Shown: positions 31,549-41,741, counted from the stretch's first letter. The stretch is DNA of 64,000 bases from Longimicrobiales bacterium (GCA_965249725.1 CBDFMQ010000002.1:352001-416000), one strand, 5' to 3'. Notes: generated by a model from the sequence alone, not told the origin. Numbers and translations are program-made.

Positions 31549-32658
31549 ATGAATCAACCGACGACCACCGAGCAGGATCCGCAGGAGCTCAACCTTCGCC
31601 TTCTCCTCCAGGAGATGATCCAGAAGGGTGCCTCCGATCTGCACGTCACTGCTGGGGCGCGGCCGAAGATACGGATCGACGGGGATCTACACGACTCTCA
31701 GATCACGCACGTTCTGACGCCCAAGGACACGCTTTCGATCGCGTATTCCATTCTCACGGAGAACCAGAAGAAGCGGTTCGAGACCGAGGACGAGTTGGAC
31801 TTCTCGTTCGGCGTGCAAAACCTGTCCCGCTTCCGAGGCAACGTGTTCAAGCAGCGTGGGTGCGTCGCCATGGCGATCCGGCAGATCCCGTACAAGATCA
31901 TCACGGTCGCAGAACTCGGCCTGCCGAGCGTCGTGGCGGACTTCGCCGACCGACCGCGGGGCCTGGTCTTGGTTACCGGCCCGACCGGTTCCGGCAAGTC
32001 GACGACCCTGGCCGCTCTCGTCGACAAGATCAACAAGGAACGCAAGGGACACATCATTACGATCGAGGACCCGATCGAGTTCATCCATCGCCACCAGCAT
32101 TGCATGGTGAACCAGAGGGAGGTGGGAGCGGATACCCAGAGCTTCACCGCCGCACTCAAGTACGCGCTGAGGCAGGATCCGGACACGATCCTCATCGGCG
32201 AGATGCGGGATCTGGAAACGATCGGGGCGGCACTCACCATCGCAGAAACCGGCCACCTCGTGCTCGCCACCCTGCACACCAACTCGGCGGCCGAGTCGAT
32301 CAACCGGATCATCGACGCCTTCCCGGCTCACCAGCAGGCTCAGGTGAGGGCGCAGTTGGCGTTCGTTCTCGAAGGTGTCGTCACGCAGACGCTCCTGCCG
32401 AAGGCGAAGGGACGCGGAAGAGTCGCAGCCGCCGAGATCATGATCTGCACGGCGGCGATTCGGGCGGTGATTCGAGACGAGAAAATCCACCAGATCTACT
32501 CGCTCATGCAGGCAGGGAAGAAGCACGGCATGCAGACGATGAACGACTCGCTGCAGGTGCTTTATATGCAGGGTACGATTACTCTGGAAGAAGCGCTGAA
32601 GCGCTCGGGTGATCCGAACGAGTTGCTGCGTGCCGTTGGTGAGCCGGCGCCAGCATGA
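31549..32658 (+). CDS. pilT: Type IVa pilus retraction ATPase
   Basis: GASDLH, GPTGSGKSTT, TIEDPIEF, QREVG.DT, GEMRD, AETGHL..TLHT, AIRAVIRD, GMQTM. Confidence 0.95.
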   Translation: MNQPTTTEQDPQELNLRLLLQEMIQKGASDLHVTAGARPKIRIDGDLHDSQITHVLTPKDTLSIAYSILTENQKKRFETEDELDFSFGVQNLSRFRGNVFKQRGCVAMAIRQIPYKIITVAELGLPSVVADFADRPRGLVLVTGPTGSGKSTTLAALVDKINKERKGHIITIEDPIEFIHRHQHCMVNQREVGADTQSFTAALKYALRQDPDTILIGEMRDLETIGAALTIAETGHLVLATLHTNSAAESINRIIDAFPAHQQAQVRAQLAFVLEGVVTQTLLPKAKGRGRVAAAEIMICTAAIRAVIRDEKIHQIYSLMQAGKKHGMQTMNDSLQVLYMQGTITLEEALKRSGDPNELLRAVGEPAPA

Positions 32659-32711
32659 TAATGGCCCCGCGAGGGCTGTACCTCTTTCAACAGTTCTCTA
32701 GGTAGACGAGT

Positions 32712-33914
32712 ATGCCGACGTTCAATTGGAGTGCCCGTCCCGCCGCTGGCGGCGACATCAAGCAGGGCGAGATCGAGCTTCCTACCAAGGACGAGGTCTT
32801 AGCCTTCCTGCACAGGCAGAAGCTGATCCCCGTCGCGGTTCGGGAGAAGCCGAAGCAGTTCCAGATCCAGATCGGGACGGGTATCGCCACTCGGGACATC
32901 GTCATCTTCACCCGACAGTTCGCGACGATGATCAACTCCGGGCTTCCGCTCGTTCAGAGTCTGGACATCCTCGGGGAGCAGACCGAGAACCAAGCCCTGG
33001 CTAAGGTCCTGGGCGAGGTGCTCTACGATGTTGAATCTGGGCACACGCTGGCCGACGCCATGGGGAGGCAGCCCAAGGTCTTCACCGAACTCTTCGTGAA
33101 CATGGTTGCTGCCGGTGAGGCCGGCGGTATCCTGGATACGATTCTGCTCAGGCTGGCCACGTTCCTCGAGAAGAACGACGCGCTCGTCCGGAAGATCAAG
33201 GGAGCCATGATCTACCCGGCCGTCATCTTCTCAGTGGCGGGCATGGCCATCATCATCCTTCTGATCTTCGTGATTCCCACGTTCCAGACGATGTTCGAGT
33301 CTGCCGGCATCCCGCTTCCGTTACCGACGCGGGTCGTTATCGGCATGTCGCAGTTCCTGCAGTCGTTCTGGTGGGCCTGCCTCATCGGGATCATCGGGTC
33401 TGTAGTGGCGATCCGGCAGATCTACACGACCGATGGTGGAAAGCTCTTCATCGACAGATTGATGCTGGCGTTGCCGATCCTGGGGGACCTCCAGAGGAAG
33501 GCGGCGGTCGCTCGTTTCACCCGTACTCTGGGTACGCTGGTGTCTTCAGGCGTGTCGATCCTCGAGGGACTCGAGATCACGGCCAAGACCGCCGGCAACC
33601 GGGTCATTCACGACGCCGTAATGAGCTCGCGCGCCTCGATCGCCGGAGGTGAAACGATCTCAGGGCCGCTCAAGGAGTCCGGTGTGTTCCCGCCTATGGT
33701 CGTGCAGATGATCAACGTCGGTGAGCAGACCGGAGGCCTGGACACGATGCTCACAAAGATCGCCGACTTCTACGACGACGAGGTCGACGCGGCCGTCGAG
33801 GCCCTGCTCGCTGCCATGGAGCCGATCATGATCGTGGTGCTGGGTGTGGTCGTCGGTGGCATGATTGTCGCCATGTACCTGCCGATCTTCGACATGATCA
33901 ACGCAGTGGGTTAA
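32712..33914 (+). CDS. pilC: Type IV pilus platform protein (GspF family)
   Basis: FTRQFATMI.SGLPL, AGEAGG.LD, AMIYP, VGEQTG.LD, AMYLPIF. Confidence 0.95.
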   Translation: MPTFNWSARPAAGGDIKQGEIELPTKDEVLAFLHRQKLIPVAVREKPKQFQIQIGTGIATRDIVIFTRQFATMINSGLPLVQSLDILGEQTENQALAKVLGEVLYDVESGHTLADAMGRQPKVFTELFVNMVAAGEAGGILDTILLRLATFLEKNDALVRKIKGAMIYPAVIFSVAGMAIIILLIFVIPTFQTMFESAGIPLPLPTRVVIGMSQFLQSFWWACLIGIIGSVVAIRQIYTTDGGKLFIDRLMLALPILGDLQRKAAVARFTRTLGTLVSSGVSILEGLEITAKTAGNRVIHDAVMSSRASIAGGETISGPLKESGVFPPMVVQMINVGEQTGGLDTMLTKIADFYDDEVDAAVEALLAAMEPIMIVVLGVVVGGMIVAMYLPIFDMINAVG

Positions 33915-33929
33915 CGAGCACGGGTTCTG

Positions 33930-34091
33930 GCCCCCCGGAGCGGGGCGCGCCCTGCGGGGCCGCTCGCGGTCCGGGGGGTTTTTGTTTGCGCGCTCGCTAA
34001 GCGGTGCGGCGCATGATGCTTACTCCTCTCTTCATCTTTCGGCGCGGCGCCGCACCGATTGCCCCGCAGGGCGCGCCCCGCTCCGGAGGGC
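33930..34091. repeat. Nested inverted-repeat element (REP-doublet/MITE-like)
   Basis: 31-bp arms 33930-33960 and 34061-34091 match at 30/31 positions as reverse complements. Inner perfect 11-bp arms at 34002-34012 and 34047-34057. Confidence 0.75.
33931..33987 (+). terminator. Intrinsic terminator after pilC
   Basis: ccccccgga...tccgggggg followed by tttttgttt. Confidence 0.7.
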
Positions 34092-34181
34092 TCGACCGGT
34101 GGGTTTGCTGGCGTCTGCAGACGGACGTCAATTAGCGTTCGACCGTCGCGCCCCTGCTCCTTGCTGCTAGAAGGGACACAG

Positions 34182-34529
34182 ATGACAGACACGATCTTCG
34201 GAAAGATCGTCCGCGGAGAGATTCCTGCCGACGTGGTCTACCAGGACGAATTGGTTACTGCGTTCCGCGACGTCGATCCTCAGGCGCCGACCCATATCTT
34301 GATCGTGCCGAACAAGGGCGTGCCGACTCTCGCGGACGTGACGGATGCGGACGAGCCGGCACTGGGGAGGATGATCCGGATCGCTTCACGCCTGGCCGAG
34401 GAGGACGGCATCGATGAGGCGGGATACCGGCTCATCATCAACTGCCGAGCTCACGGCGGGCAGGAGGTGGACCATGTTCACCTTCATCTGATCGGCGGGC
34501 GTCCCCTCGGCAGGATGCTCCCGGATTGA
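34182..34529 (+). CDS. hinT: Histidine triad nucleotide-binding protein (HinT-like)
   Basis: [37 protein letters not shown]. Confidence 0.92.
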   Translation: MTDTIFGKIVRGEIPADVVYQDELVTAFRDVDPQAPTHILIVPNKGVPTLADVTDADEPALGRMIRIASRLAEEDGIDEAGYRLIINCRAHGGQEVDHVHLHLIGGRPLGRMLPD

Positions 34530-34611
34530 CCATCGCGGGTGGGCTCTGCCTTGCCCGGAACTAACGTGGGGACAATCTTCCTCGCTTTCACACTCTAGAT
34601 AGAGAGCGCAA

Positions 34612-36309
34612 GTGGAACGCTTCGAGAACTTCGTCAGCGCTGTGCGGGCCTTCGTATGGGAATGGGGCGTCCCGGCCGGCGATGGCGACATTCCCCTCGT
34701 CATCCTGGCCCTGATCGGGGTCGGCGGGTTCCTCACCCTCCGCCTCGGATTCATACAGCTCCGGCGATTCGGGCACGGTGTTGCGGTCGCCACGGGGCGA
34801 TATGACGATCCGGATGATCCGGGGGATGTCTCGCACTTCCAGGCCCTCACGACGGCGCTCTCCGCCACGGTGGGTATCGGCAACATCGCGGGGGTGGCGT
34901 TGGCCATTCACTGGGGTGGCCCCGGTGCGCTGTTCTGGATGTGGGTGACCGCCGGTCTCGGGATGGCGACCAAGTTCACCGAGGTGACGCTTGCCCAGCA
35001 CTACCGTCAGGTACATGTGGGAGCGGACGAGATGGTCGGTACCGTCTCCGGTGGCCCGATGTACTACATCGAGCACGGCTTGGGACCCAAGTGGAAGTGG
35101 ATGGGGGTCTTCTTCGCCACCGCGCTGGGGTTCACCGCGTTTCTGACGGGCAACGCCATTCAGGCGAACACGGTAGCGGATACCATCGGTACCGCCTTCG
35201 GGACCGCCCAGTGGATTACCGGTTTGGTGACCGTCTCGGTCGTGGCTGCCGTGGTCTTAGGGGGGATCGGACGCATCGGTCGTATCACGAGCATCCTGGC
35301 GCCCTTCATGGCGGCGGTCTACGTGCTCGGTGCTCTCTTGATCATCTTCATGAACCTCGGGGCTGTGGCCCCGGCGTTCGCCACCATCTTCGCCGAGGCG
35401 TTCAACCCGACGGCCGGCGTGGCCGGCACGGGTATCGGCGCCATCTTGGTGACTCTGATGTGGGGCGTGAACCGGGGTCTCTTCTCCAACGAAGCAGGGC
35501 AGGGCTCCGCTCCCATCGCACACGCTGCGGCCAAGACGGATGAACCTGTCTCTGAGGGCGTGGTGGCGCTCCTCGAGCCCTTCATCGACACCATCGTCAT
35601 CGTGACGATGACCGCACTGGTCATCATCATCACCGGAGTGTACAGCGAACGCATCCCGACGGAGATCACCTTGGCTGGCGGCGACCTCAGTTGGGTGTCC
35701 GGAGACGCTCGCGAGGGTTACGAGTCCGTGAATGCTCCTGATGAGATTCAGATTCAGAACGGGCGGCACGCGGCGGGAAGTACGATTCTCGTGGCGTGGC
35801 ACGAAGTGGCGCTGGACGAGCTCTTCACCGACGCCGGTATGACGCAGCGCTTCTCAGGCTCGGTCTTCCCCACACGCGATGAGGCCGTCGACGAGTCCGG
35901 CACTAGCCACGCGTCGTTGTACGGTATGGCCATCGAAAGCGGCGCTCCCCTTACCATGTATGCGTTCCGAAAGGGACTGTCGCCCTTGGGTGACTGGGGT
36001 CACTACGTCGTGATCCTCTCGGTCTTCCTGTTCGGGATCTCCACCGCCATTTCGTGGAGCTACTACGGGGACCGGTGCGCCAACTACCTCATGGGCGAAT
36101 CAGCGATCCGCCCCTACAAGGTGGTCTACCTTGTTATGCACTTCCTCGGGGCGATCATCTCGCTGAATCTGGCTTGGGAAATCGGCGATATCGCGCTCGG
36201 CATCGTCATCCTACCCAACCTGATCGCGTTGGTCCTGCTTTCGGGTAAGGTAAAGGAGCTCACGGACAGCTACTTCGAGCGCAGGCCGTGGGAGCGCGTC
36301 AGGGGTTAG
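34612..36309 (+). CDS. Alanine/glycine:cation symporter (AGCS family)
   Basis: SATVGIGNIAGVA, GGPGALFWMW, GGPMYYI, RGLFSNEAGQGSAP, EPFIDT, SWSYYG. Confidence 0.93.
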   Translation: MERFENFVSAVRAFVWEWGVPAGDGDIPLVILALIGVGGFLTLRLGFIQLRRFGHGVAVATGRYDDPDDPGDVSHFQALTTALSATVGIGNIAGVALAIHWGGPGALFWMWVTAGLGMATKFTEVTLAQHYRQVHVGADEMVGTVSGGPMYYIEHGLGPKWKWMGVFFATALGFTAFLTGNAIQANTVADTIGTAFGTAQWITGLVTVSVVAAVVLGGIGRIGRITSILAPFMAAVYVLGALLIIFMNLGAVAPAFATIFAEAFNPTAGVAGTGIGAILVTLMWGVNRGLFSNEAGQGSAPIAHAAAKTDEPVSEGVVALLEPFIDTIVIVTMTALVIIITGVYSERIPTEITLAGGDLSWVSGDAREGYESVNAPDEIQIQNGRHAAGSTILVAWHEVALDELFTDAGMTQRFSGSVFPTRDEAVDESGTSHASLYGMAIESGAPLTMYAFRKGLSPLGDWGHYVVILSVFLFGISTAISWSYYGDRCANYLMGESAIRPYKVVYLVMHFLGAIISLNLAWEIGDIALGIVILPNLIALVLLSGKVKELTDSYFERRPWERVRG

Positions 36310-36335
36310 ATCCGCACGAAGCCGGTAGCACGTCG

Positions 36336-36368
36336 AAGCGGGGGTGGCCATGGGTCGCCCCCGCTTTG
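36336..36368. terminator. Hairpin between convergent agcS and dinB
   Basis: aagcgggggtggcc-atg-ggtcgcccccgctt. Confidence 0.65.
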
Positions 36369-36409
36369 TACGTCCTAGAGATTTCGGTCCGACCCTCGTC
36401 GCGTTCGTG

Positions 36410-37621
36410 TCACTTTCGGATCATCCTACCCGGCACGACCGCGCTGTCCCCGAAGCGGTCGCGAAGTCCGTCGACGGCCTTCCCGAGAGCCCGCTCGCGT
36501 GCCCCCTCGACACCGTCCTCTTCTTCGAATAGGCCGAGTTGAGCAGGATCGACACCGGGCACGAAGTTGGTCAGGCCCACGCCCAACAGTCGCGCACTCG
36601 TGCGGCGCTTGTTCCGCAGCTCCCTCAAGAGTTCGCGTGCCACTCCGAACATCGCCGCGTCGGTTTCTACCGCTTCCGGGACCGTCCGTCCGCACGAACG
36701 GGTCGTGAAGTCTCCGTCCCTGAGCTTGACGGAGATCGTCCGTGCCCTCAGACCCGACCTTCTCATGGTCCTACCCACGGAAACGGAGAGCCTCATGAGG
36801 GCTCCCTCGAGTTCTTCATCCGACTCCAGGTCACTGAAAAACGTGCGCTCCGAGCTGATGGACTTCCTCGGCTCACGGGGGTCGACGCGAGCGGAATCCA
36901 ACCCCCGCATGCGTCGATACAGCCAGCGGGCACGATGCTCACCGAACCATTTCTCGAGCCAGTCGAGCTCGACCTTCAGGGCGTCTTCGATCCGTACGAG
37001 CCCCCGCTTCTTCAGGGACTCCACAAGGGCGGGGCCGACACCCGGAATGTCTGCCAGGTCCAGCCCCTTCATGAAGGCGGCTTCCTCGCCGGGCGGCACG
37101 ATGTGGACTCCGCCGGGCTTGGCTACTCCCGCCGCCAGCTTCGCGATCATCTTACGAGTGCTTCCGCCGATGGAGACCGATATGCTCGTTTCCTCGAGAA
37201 CTGTCTCGCGAATGCGGGTGGCCGTCTGCTGGAGGGTTTCCCCCATGAGGCGGTCCGTGCCCGTGAGGTCGAGGTAGAACTCGTCGATCGAAGCGGACTG
37301 GACGACCGGTGAGAGGTCCTTCAGTAGCTCCCGAATCTCACGGCTTCTGCGGCCGCAGGCTCCCATGGGGACACCCACAACAGTGGCATTCGGGCAGAGC
37401 CTCAGCGCTTGGGCCGTCGGCATCGCCGACCGCACTCCAAACTCCCTGGCCGCGTAGGACGCAGACGTGACCACTCCTCGTCCCGTCGGGGATCCTCCCA
37501 CCATGAGTAGTTTGGCCTTGCCCGCCCCCTCCGGATCCTCGAGACGAGCTACCTGCACGTAAAAGGCGTCACAGTCGACGAGGAGAATCCGCTTGGTCGG
37601 TTCGGCTCCGTCGGGGTCCAT
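36410..37621 (-). CDS. dinB: DNA polymerase IV (Y family)
   Basis: VDCDAFY, SASYAAR.FGVRSAM, SIDEFYLD, AK.A....KP.G, KSISSERTF. Likely ATG at 37621. Confidence 0.93.
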   Translation of the reverse strand: MDPDGAEPTKRILLVDCDAFYVQVARLEDPEGAGKAKLLMVGGSPTGRGVVTSASYAAREFGVRSAMPTAQALRLCPNATVVGVPMGACGRRSREIRELLKDLSPVVQSASIDEFYLDLTGTDRLMGETLQQTATRIRETVLEETSISVSIGGSTRKMIAKLAAGVAKPGGVHIVPPGEEAAFMKGLDLADIPGVGPALVESLKKRGLVRIEDALKVELDWLEKWFGEHRARWLYRRMRGLDSARVDPREPRKSISSERTFFSDLESDEELEGALMRLSVSVGRTMRRSGLRARTISVKLRDGDFTTRSCGRTVPEAVETDAAMFGVARELLRELRNKRRTSARLLGVGLTNFVPGVDPAQLGLFEEEDGVEGARERALGKAVDGLRDRFGDSAVVPGRMIRK

Positions 37622-37796
37622 GCGATCTCGAGTGGTGGGGCGGAGTGCCGCGGTCCGATGGAAGTTAGACGTGCCTGACACATTTGCGAAGAGTGCTCGA
37701 ACGGGGATACAATCCGGCCTTCGAGTCGGCCCGCCCCGCCTCTGAAGCACAGAGAATCTGGGGCCTCGAGCGTCACGTAGAGCATAGGAGGAACCG

Positions 37797-38420
37797 ATGG
37801 CATATCCGTTTTCGCTCCCCGATCTGGGTTATGACCACAGCGCGCTGGAGCCGCACATCGATGCTCGGACCATGGAGATTCATCATGGCAAGCATCACCA
37901 GGGCTACACCAACAACCTGAACGCCGCCCTCGAGAACTACCCGGACCTACACGATATGTCCGGTGAGGGGTTGGTGAGTGGCCTCTCGGCTGTCCCCGAG
38001 GCGATTCGTACCGCGGTGCGGAACAACGGCGGCGGGTTCGTGAACCACAGCCTTTTCTGGCGGGTGATGACGCCGGGCGGGGCGGGGGCTCCTTCGGGCG
38101 CCCTAGCAGAGGCCATCGATAGGGCGTTCGGGTCCTTCGAGGACTTCAAGGCGACGCTCCAGAAGGCGGCGGGAGGACAGTTCGGGTCGGGGTGGGGTTG
38201 GCTCGTCGCCGGATCCACCGAGGGTCTCCAGGTGGCCGCTACCGCCAACCAGGACAACCCGCTCTCTCAGGGCTCCACTCCCATCCTGGGCGTCGACGTT
38301 TGGGAGCACGCATACTACCTGAACTACCAGAACCGCCGTCCGGACTATCTGAGCGCCTGGTGGAACGTCGTCAATTGGGACGTGGTCGCCTCGAACTTCG
38401 AAGCTGCGAACGGGGGCTGA
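37797..38420 (+). CDS. sodA: Mn/Fe superoxide dismutase
   Basis: [39 protein letters not shown]. Confidence 0.93.
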   Translation: MAYPFSLPDLGYDHSALEPHIDARTMEIHHGKHHQGYTNNLNAALENYPDLHDMSGEGLVSGLSAVPEAIRTAVRNNGGGFVNHSLFWRVMTPGGAGAPSGALAEAIDRAFGSFEDFKATLQKAAGGQFGSGWGWLVAGSTEGLQVAATANQDNPLSQGSTPILGVDVWEHAYYLNYQNRRPDYLSAWWNVVNWDVVASNFEAANGG

Positions 38421-38491
38421 CCGACTGGCCGGACCGATGGCGGGCGTGGGAAGACGGGGCCGGGCTGCCCCGGACGCCTGCCTGCACTTCC

Positions 38492-38520
38492 TGCAACTTC
38501 TGCCCCCTGTCCGGCGTCTG
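38492..38520 (+). promoter_or_regulatory. ECF-type promoter candidate TGCAACT-N16-CGTCTG
   Basis: AAC and CGT core boxes with a 16-nt spacer, 45 nt upstream of the LysM gene. Confidence 0.45.
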
Positions 38521-38565
38521 AGGATTAACGCCTTTAGCGGCCGGGGGCACGAGATACTTGTGTGA

Positions 38566-39393
38566 ATGACTACAGATGTTTACACATGGGGAGGTATGAT
38601 GCGGGGGTGGTTTGAACGGTTCTTCTCTAGACGTGAAAAGGCAACGACGTTGGTACGACCGAGCCTACTGATTACGCTCGCCGCGTTTCCTCTGATTGGC
38701 GCGGGTCAAGCTGCAGCCCAGAGCCTGGGTGGCTCCGAGGCCTCTGTGAATCGAGTTCACCGGCAGGCCCAGAATCACGACTACACCTTTCTTGCCACGT
38801 CTTCGCAGGTAAGGCGGTTCGCCGACGCCGGATATCTCGTTCGGGTCCGGCCCAATCGCGACTTCACTCTTCATGACGTCTCGTTCCCGTATTCGCGGCC
38901 GGAAGTGGCCATGTTCATAGAGCGGCTGGGCAACCAGTATCGCCGTGCGTGTGGAGAGCAGCTGGTCGTCACGAGTCTGACCCGACCCACGTCTCGCCAA
39001 CCGAGGAACGCCTCTCCTCTTTCCGTGCACCCCACCGGGATGGCAGTCGACTTCAGGAGGAGCCGAACCTCTACCTGTCGCCGTTGGCTCGAAAGCACGC
39101 TGCTGTATCTCGAGAAGGCGGGTGTCCTCGAGGCGACCAGGGAGCGCACTCCCTCGCACTATCACGTCGCGGTCTTCCCCCGGCAGTACGGCCAGTACGT
39201 AGCCAACCTGAAAGCGCACGCCCGCTCCGCGGATCGGATCGCCCAAGCGTCGCGGTACACCGTGCGCAACGGTGATTCTCTCTGGACCATCGCCCAGCGA
39301 CACGGCACGACGGTGTCTCGGCTGCGAGCCGCGAACGGAATCCGCGGCAGCCGCATATTCGCCGGTCAGGTGCTGACGGTCCCCACGAGGTAA
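38566..39393 (+). CDS. Exported DUF5715/M15-like Zn-peptidase domain plus LysM
   Basis: VTSLTR, SVHPTGMAVD and HYHV (DD-peptidase-type H-x6-D...H). C-terminal YTVRNGDSLWTIA..HGTTV..L...N...I..GQ.L.VP. Confidence 0.75.
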   Translation: MTTDVYTWGGMMRGWFERFFSRREKATTLVRPSLLITLAAFPLIGAGQAAAQSLGGSEASVNRVHRQAQNHDYTFLATSSQVRRFADAGYLVRVRPNRDFTLHDVSFPYSRPEVAMFIERLGNQYRRACGEQLVVTSLTRPTSRQPRNASPLSVHPTGMAVDFRRSRTSTCRRWLESTLLYLEKAGVLEATRERTPSHYHVAVFPRQYGQYVANLKAHARSADRIAQASRYTVRNGDSLWTIAQRHGTTVSRLRAANGIRGSRIFAGQVLTVPTR

Positions 39394-39397
39394 CGGT

Positions 39398-40030
39398 TTG
39401 ACCCACGACCCGTCGGAGACCGTCCGACACCGGGTCATCTCCACCGACGCGACCGACGGCGTCGGGAGGTATCAACTCCTCACGTCACTCGTGGTGCCGC
39501 GACCGATCGGGTGGGTTTCCACGAGGGGGGGCGACGGCACTCTCAACCTGGCCCCATTCAGTTTCTTCTCGGCCGTATCGGCTTCGCCCATGCTGATCAG
39601 CCTGTCGATCGGCACCAGGAAGGGTGTCGCGAAGGACTCCCTTCGCAACATCCAGGAACAAGGAATGTTCTGCGTGAACGTCGTCACCGAGGGGCAGCTG
39701 GAGGCCATGAACCGCACCGCGGCGAGCCTGCCACCCGATCAGGACGAGTTCGCCTTTGCCGATCTGCCGGTTGCCATGGCGGACTCGGTCGAGGCGCCGT
39801 TCGTCGCGAACTGCCCGGCCGTACTGGAGTGCCGGCTCTTCAAGGATGTGGATCTCGACGGCACGGGTACTCTGATCATCGGTGAGGTGATGGCGGTCCG
39901 GCTGGACCCGGCCCTGGAGATGATCGAGGGGTCCACATTCGTGGACAGCGAGGCGTTGAGGCCGGTCGGACGTCTTTGGGGTGCCGCCTACGCGCTGCTC
40001 GGGGAGATCAAGACCCTGGAGCGCCCCTAG
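39398..40030 (+). CDS. Flavin reductase-like FMN-binding protein
   Basis: VVPRPIGWVST, NLAPFSFF, KDS..NI, LEC, RPVGRL.G..Y. Confidence 0.88.
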   Translation: MTHDPSETVRHRVISTDATDGVGRYQLLTSLVVPRPIGWVSTRGGDGTLNLAPFSFFSAVSASPMLISLSIGTRKGVAKDSLRNIQEQGMFCVNVVTEGQLEAMNRTAASLPPDQDEFAFADLPVAMADSVEAPFVANCPAVLECRLFKDVDLDGTGTLIIGEVMAVRLDPALEMIEGSTFVDSEALRPVGRLWGAAYALLGEIKTLERP

Positions 40031-40034
40031 ACGT

Positions 40035-41741
40035 CTAGTCCACCCAAAGATCCACGGGCTCGAAGGCGTCGACATCGACCAACCCCAGGTCCGTGATCTT
40101 CAACGTCGGGATCACCTCGAGCCCCAAGAAGGACATGGCCATGAAGGGGTCATGGAGGGGCGACCCGAGGTCACGGGCCGATTGCACGACCGCGTCCAAC
40201 CCGGCTCGGATCTGTTCAATGGTCGCGTCGGACATGAGGCCCCCGACCGGCAGGGGCAACACGGCCAACACCTCCTCGCCGGCCGTGACGGCGAGACCTC
40301 CCTCGAGGTCGGCGACGGTCCGCACCGCGTTTCGCATGGACGTGTCGTCCACGCCGATGACGATGATGTTGTGATGGTCGTGAGCCACGGTTCCCGCTAT
40401 CGCGCCTCGCTGCAGCCCGATACCGGTGACCAGGCCCAGGCCGACGCGCCCGCTGCCGCTATGACGTTCCACGACCGCGATCTTGAGCAGATCCCGGTCG
40501 GTATCCGCGACGACCATTTCGCCCTCGATCGACGGGGTCACAACCTCCTGATCCGTCACGATTTGATCGGGGACTGCGCGGATGACTCTCGTGCGGCCCC
40601 CCCGCCGGGGGATGGAGAAGTCGAGCGCCTCCACCGTGATGGCCATGGACGGCTTCGGGGGAGACGGGGCTGCCTTCGGAGACCACAAGGCCCTACCGTC
40701 CTCCGCCACGAGCTTCCCGCCGCAGAAGACTGAGTGGGCCCGCAGCTCGGCGAGCGAACTCACGACCACCAGGTCTGCCCGTCTGCCGGGAGCGATGGCG
40801 CCTCGGTCGTGCAGCCCGAAGTACTCGGCGGGGTTGATCGTCGCCAGACCGATGGCCTCGATCGGATCGACCCCCTCCGAGATGAGCGTCCTGAGCATGC
40901 CGTCGACTCCGCCTTCATCGAGGAGGTCGGCGGGCTGGCGATCATCGGTGCACAGGGCGATCCGCCTTCGTGATCGCTGCGACAGGGCAGGGAGGAGCGC
41001 CAGCAGATTCCTAGCGTTCGTGGCCTCGCGAAAGAAGACCCATAGGCCGCGGCGCAACTTCTCGATGGCCTCTTCGGGGGTCGTGCACTCGTGGTCGGAG
41101 CGGGGTCCCGAGGCGACGTAGGCGTTGAGGTCCTTGCCGCCCACACCGGGAGCGTGACCGTCAATGACCCGCCCGCTGAACGCCCTAAGCTTCTCGAGCG
41201 CGTCCGGAGCTCCATGGATCGCCCCTGGGAAGTTCATGAACTCGGCCAGGCCCAACACGCGTGGGTGGTCGAGAGACGCGAGGTCTGTCGCGTCCAGAAC
41301 CGCTCCTGCCGTACCCATATGGGTCGCAGGCACACAGGAGCTGGCCATCACGAACGTGGAGAGCGGCAGTCCCTCGCTTGCCGCGAGCATGTAACGAATG
41401 CCCTCCAGCCCGTGGACGTGGGCGATCTCGTGTGGATCGGAGACCACCGTGGTCGTGCCGCCGGGCACGACGGCTCGTGCGAACTCGGGCGGCGTCGCGA
41501 GGCTCGACTCGATGTGGACGTGGGCGTCGATCAATCCGGGGAGAACGAATTGCCCGGCCAGGTCGAGCGTCTCGGCGGCCTCGTAGCCCGGACCGATTCC
41601 CGCGATCCGCGGGCCGGAGACGGCGATCTCCGTCTCCTCCACCTCTTCGGTCAGGACGTTCACGACGCGCGCGTTCGTGAACTTGAGGTCGGCCGGCTGG
41701 TCCCCTCGAGCCACCGCGAGTAACGTCGATAGATCAGTCAT
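40035..41741 (-). CDS. ade: Adenine deaminase
   Basis: PGLIDAHVHIESS, DPHEIA, LAEFMNFPG, DGHAP, SDHEC, CTDD, VAHDHHN. ATG at 41741. Confidence 0.94.
   Translation of the reverse strand: MTDLSTLLAVARGDQPADLKFTNARVVNVLTEEVEETEIAVSGPRIAGIGPGYEAAETLDLAGQFVLPGLIDAHVHIESSLATPPEFARAVVPGGTTTVVSDPHEIAHVHGLEGIRYMLAASEGLPLSTFVMASSCVPATHMGTAGAVLDATDLASLDHPRVLGLAEFMNFPGAIHGAPDALEKLRAFSGRVIDGHAPGVGGKDLNAYVASGPRSDHECTTPEEAIEKLRRGLWVFFREATNARNLLALLPALSQRSRRRIALCTDDRQPADLLDEGGVDGMLRTLISEGVDPIEAIGLATINPAEYFGLHDRGAIAPGRRADLVVVSSLAELRAHSVFCGGKLVAEDGRALWSPKAAPSPPKPSMAITVEALDFSIPRRGGRTRVIRAVPDQIVTDQEVVTPSIEGEMVVADTDRDLLKIAVVERHSGSGRVGLGLVTGIGLQRGAIAGTVAHDHHNIIVIGVDDTSMRNAVRTVADLEGGLAVTAGEEVLAVLPLPVGGLMSDATIEQIRAGLDAVVQSARDLGSPLHDPFMAMSFLGLEVIPTLKITDLGLVDVDAFEPVDLWVD

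Noticed and set aside
29808..33914. Type II secretion system
   Set aside because: PilT, PilM/N/O and an AMIN-domain secretin indicate type IVa pili; no GspC/L/M seen.
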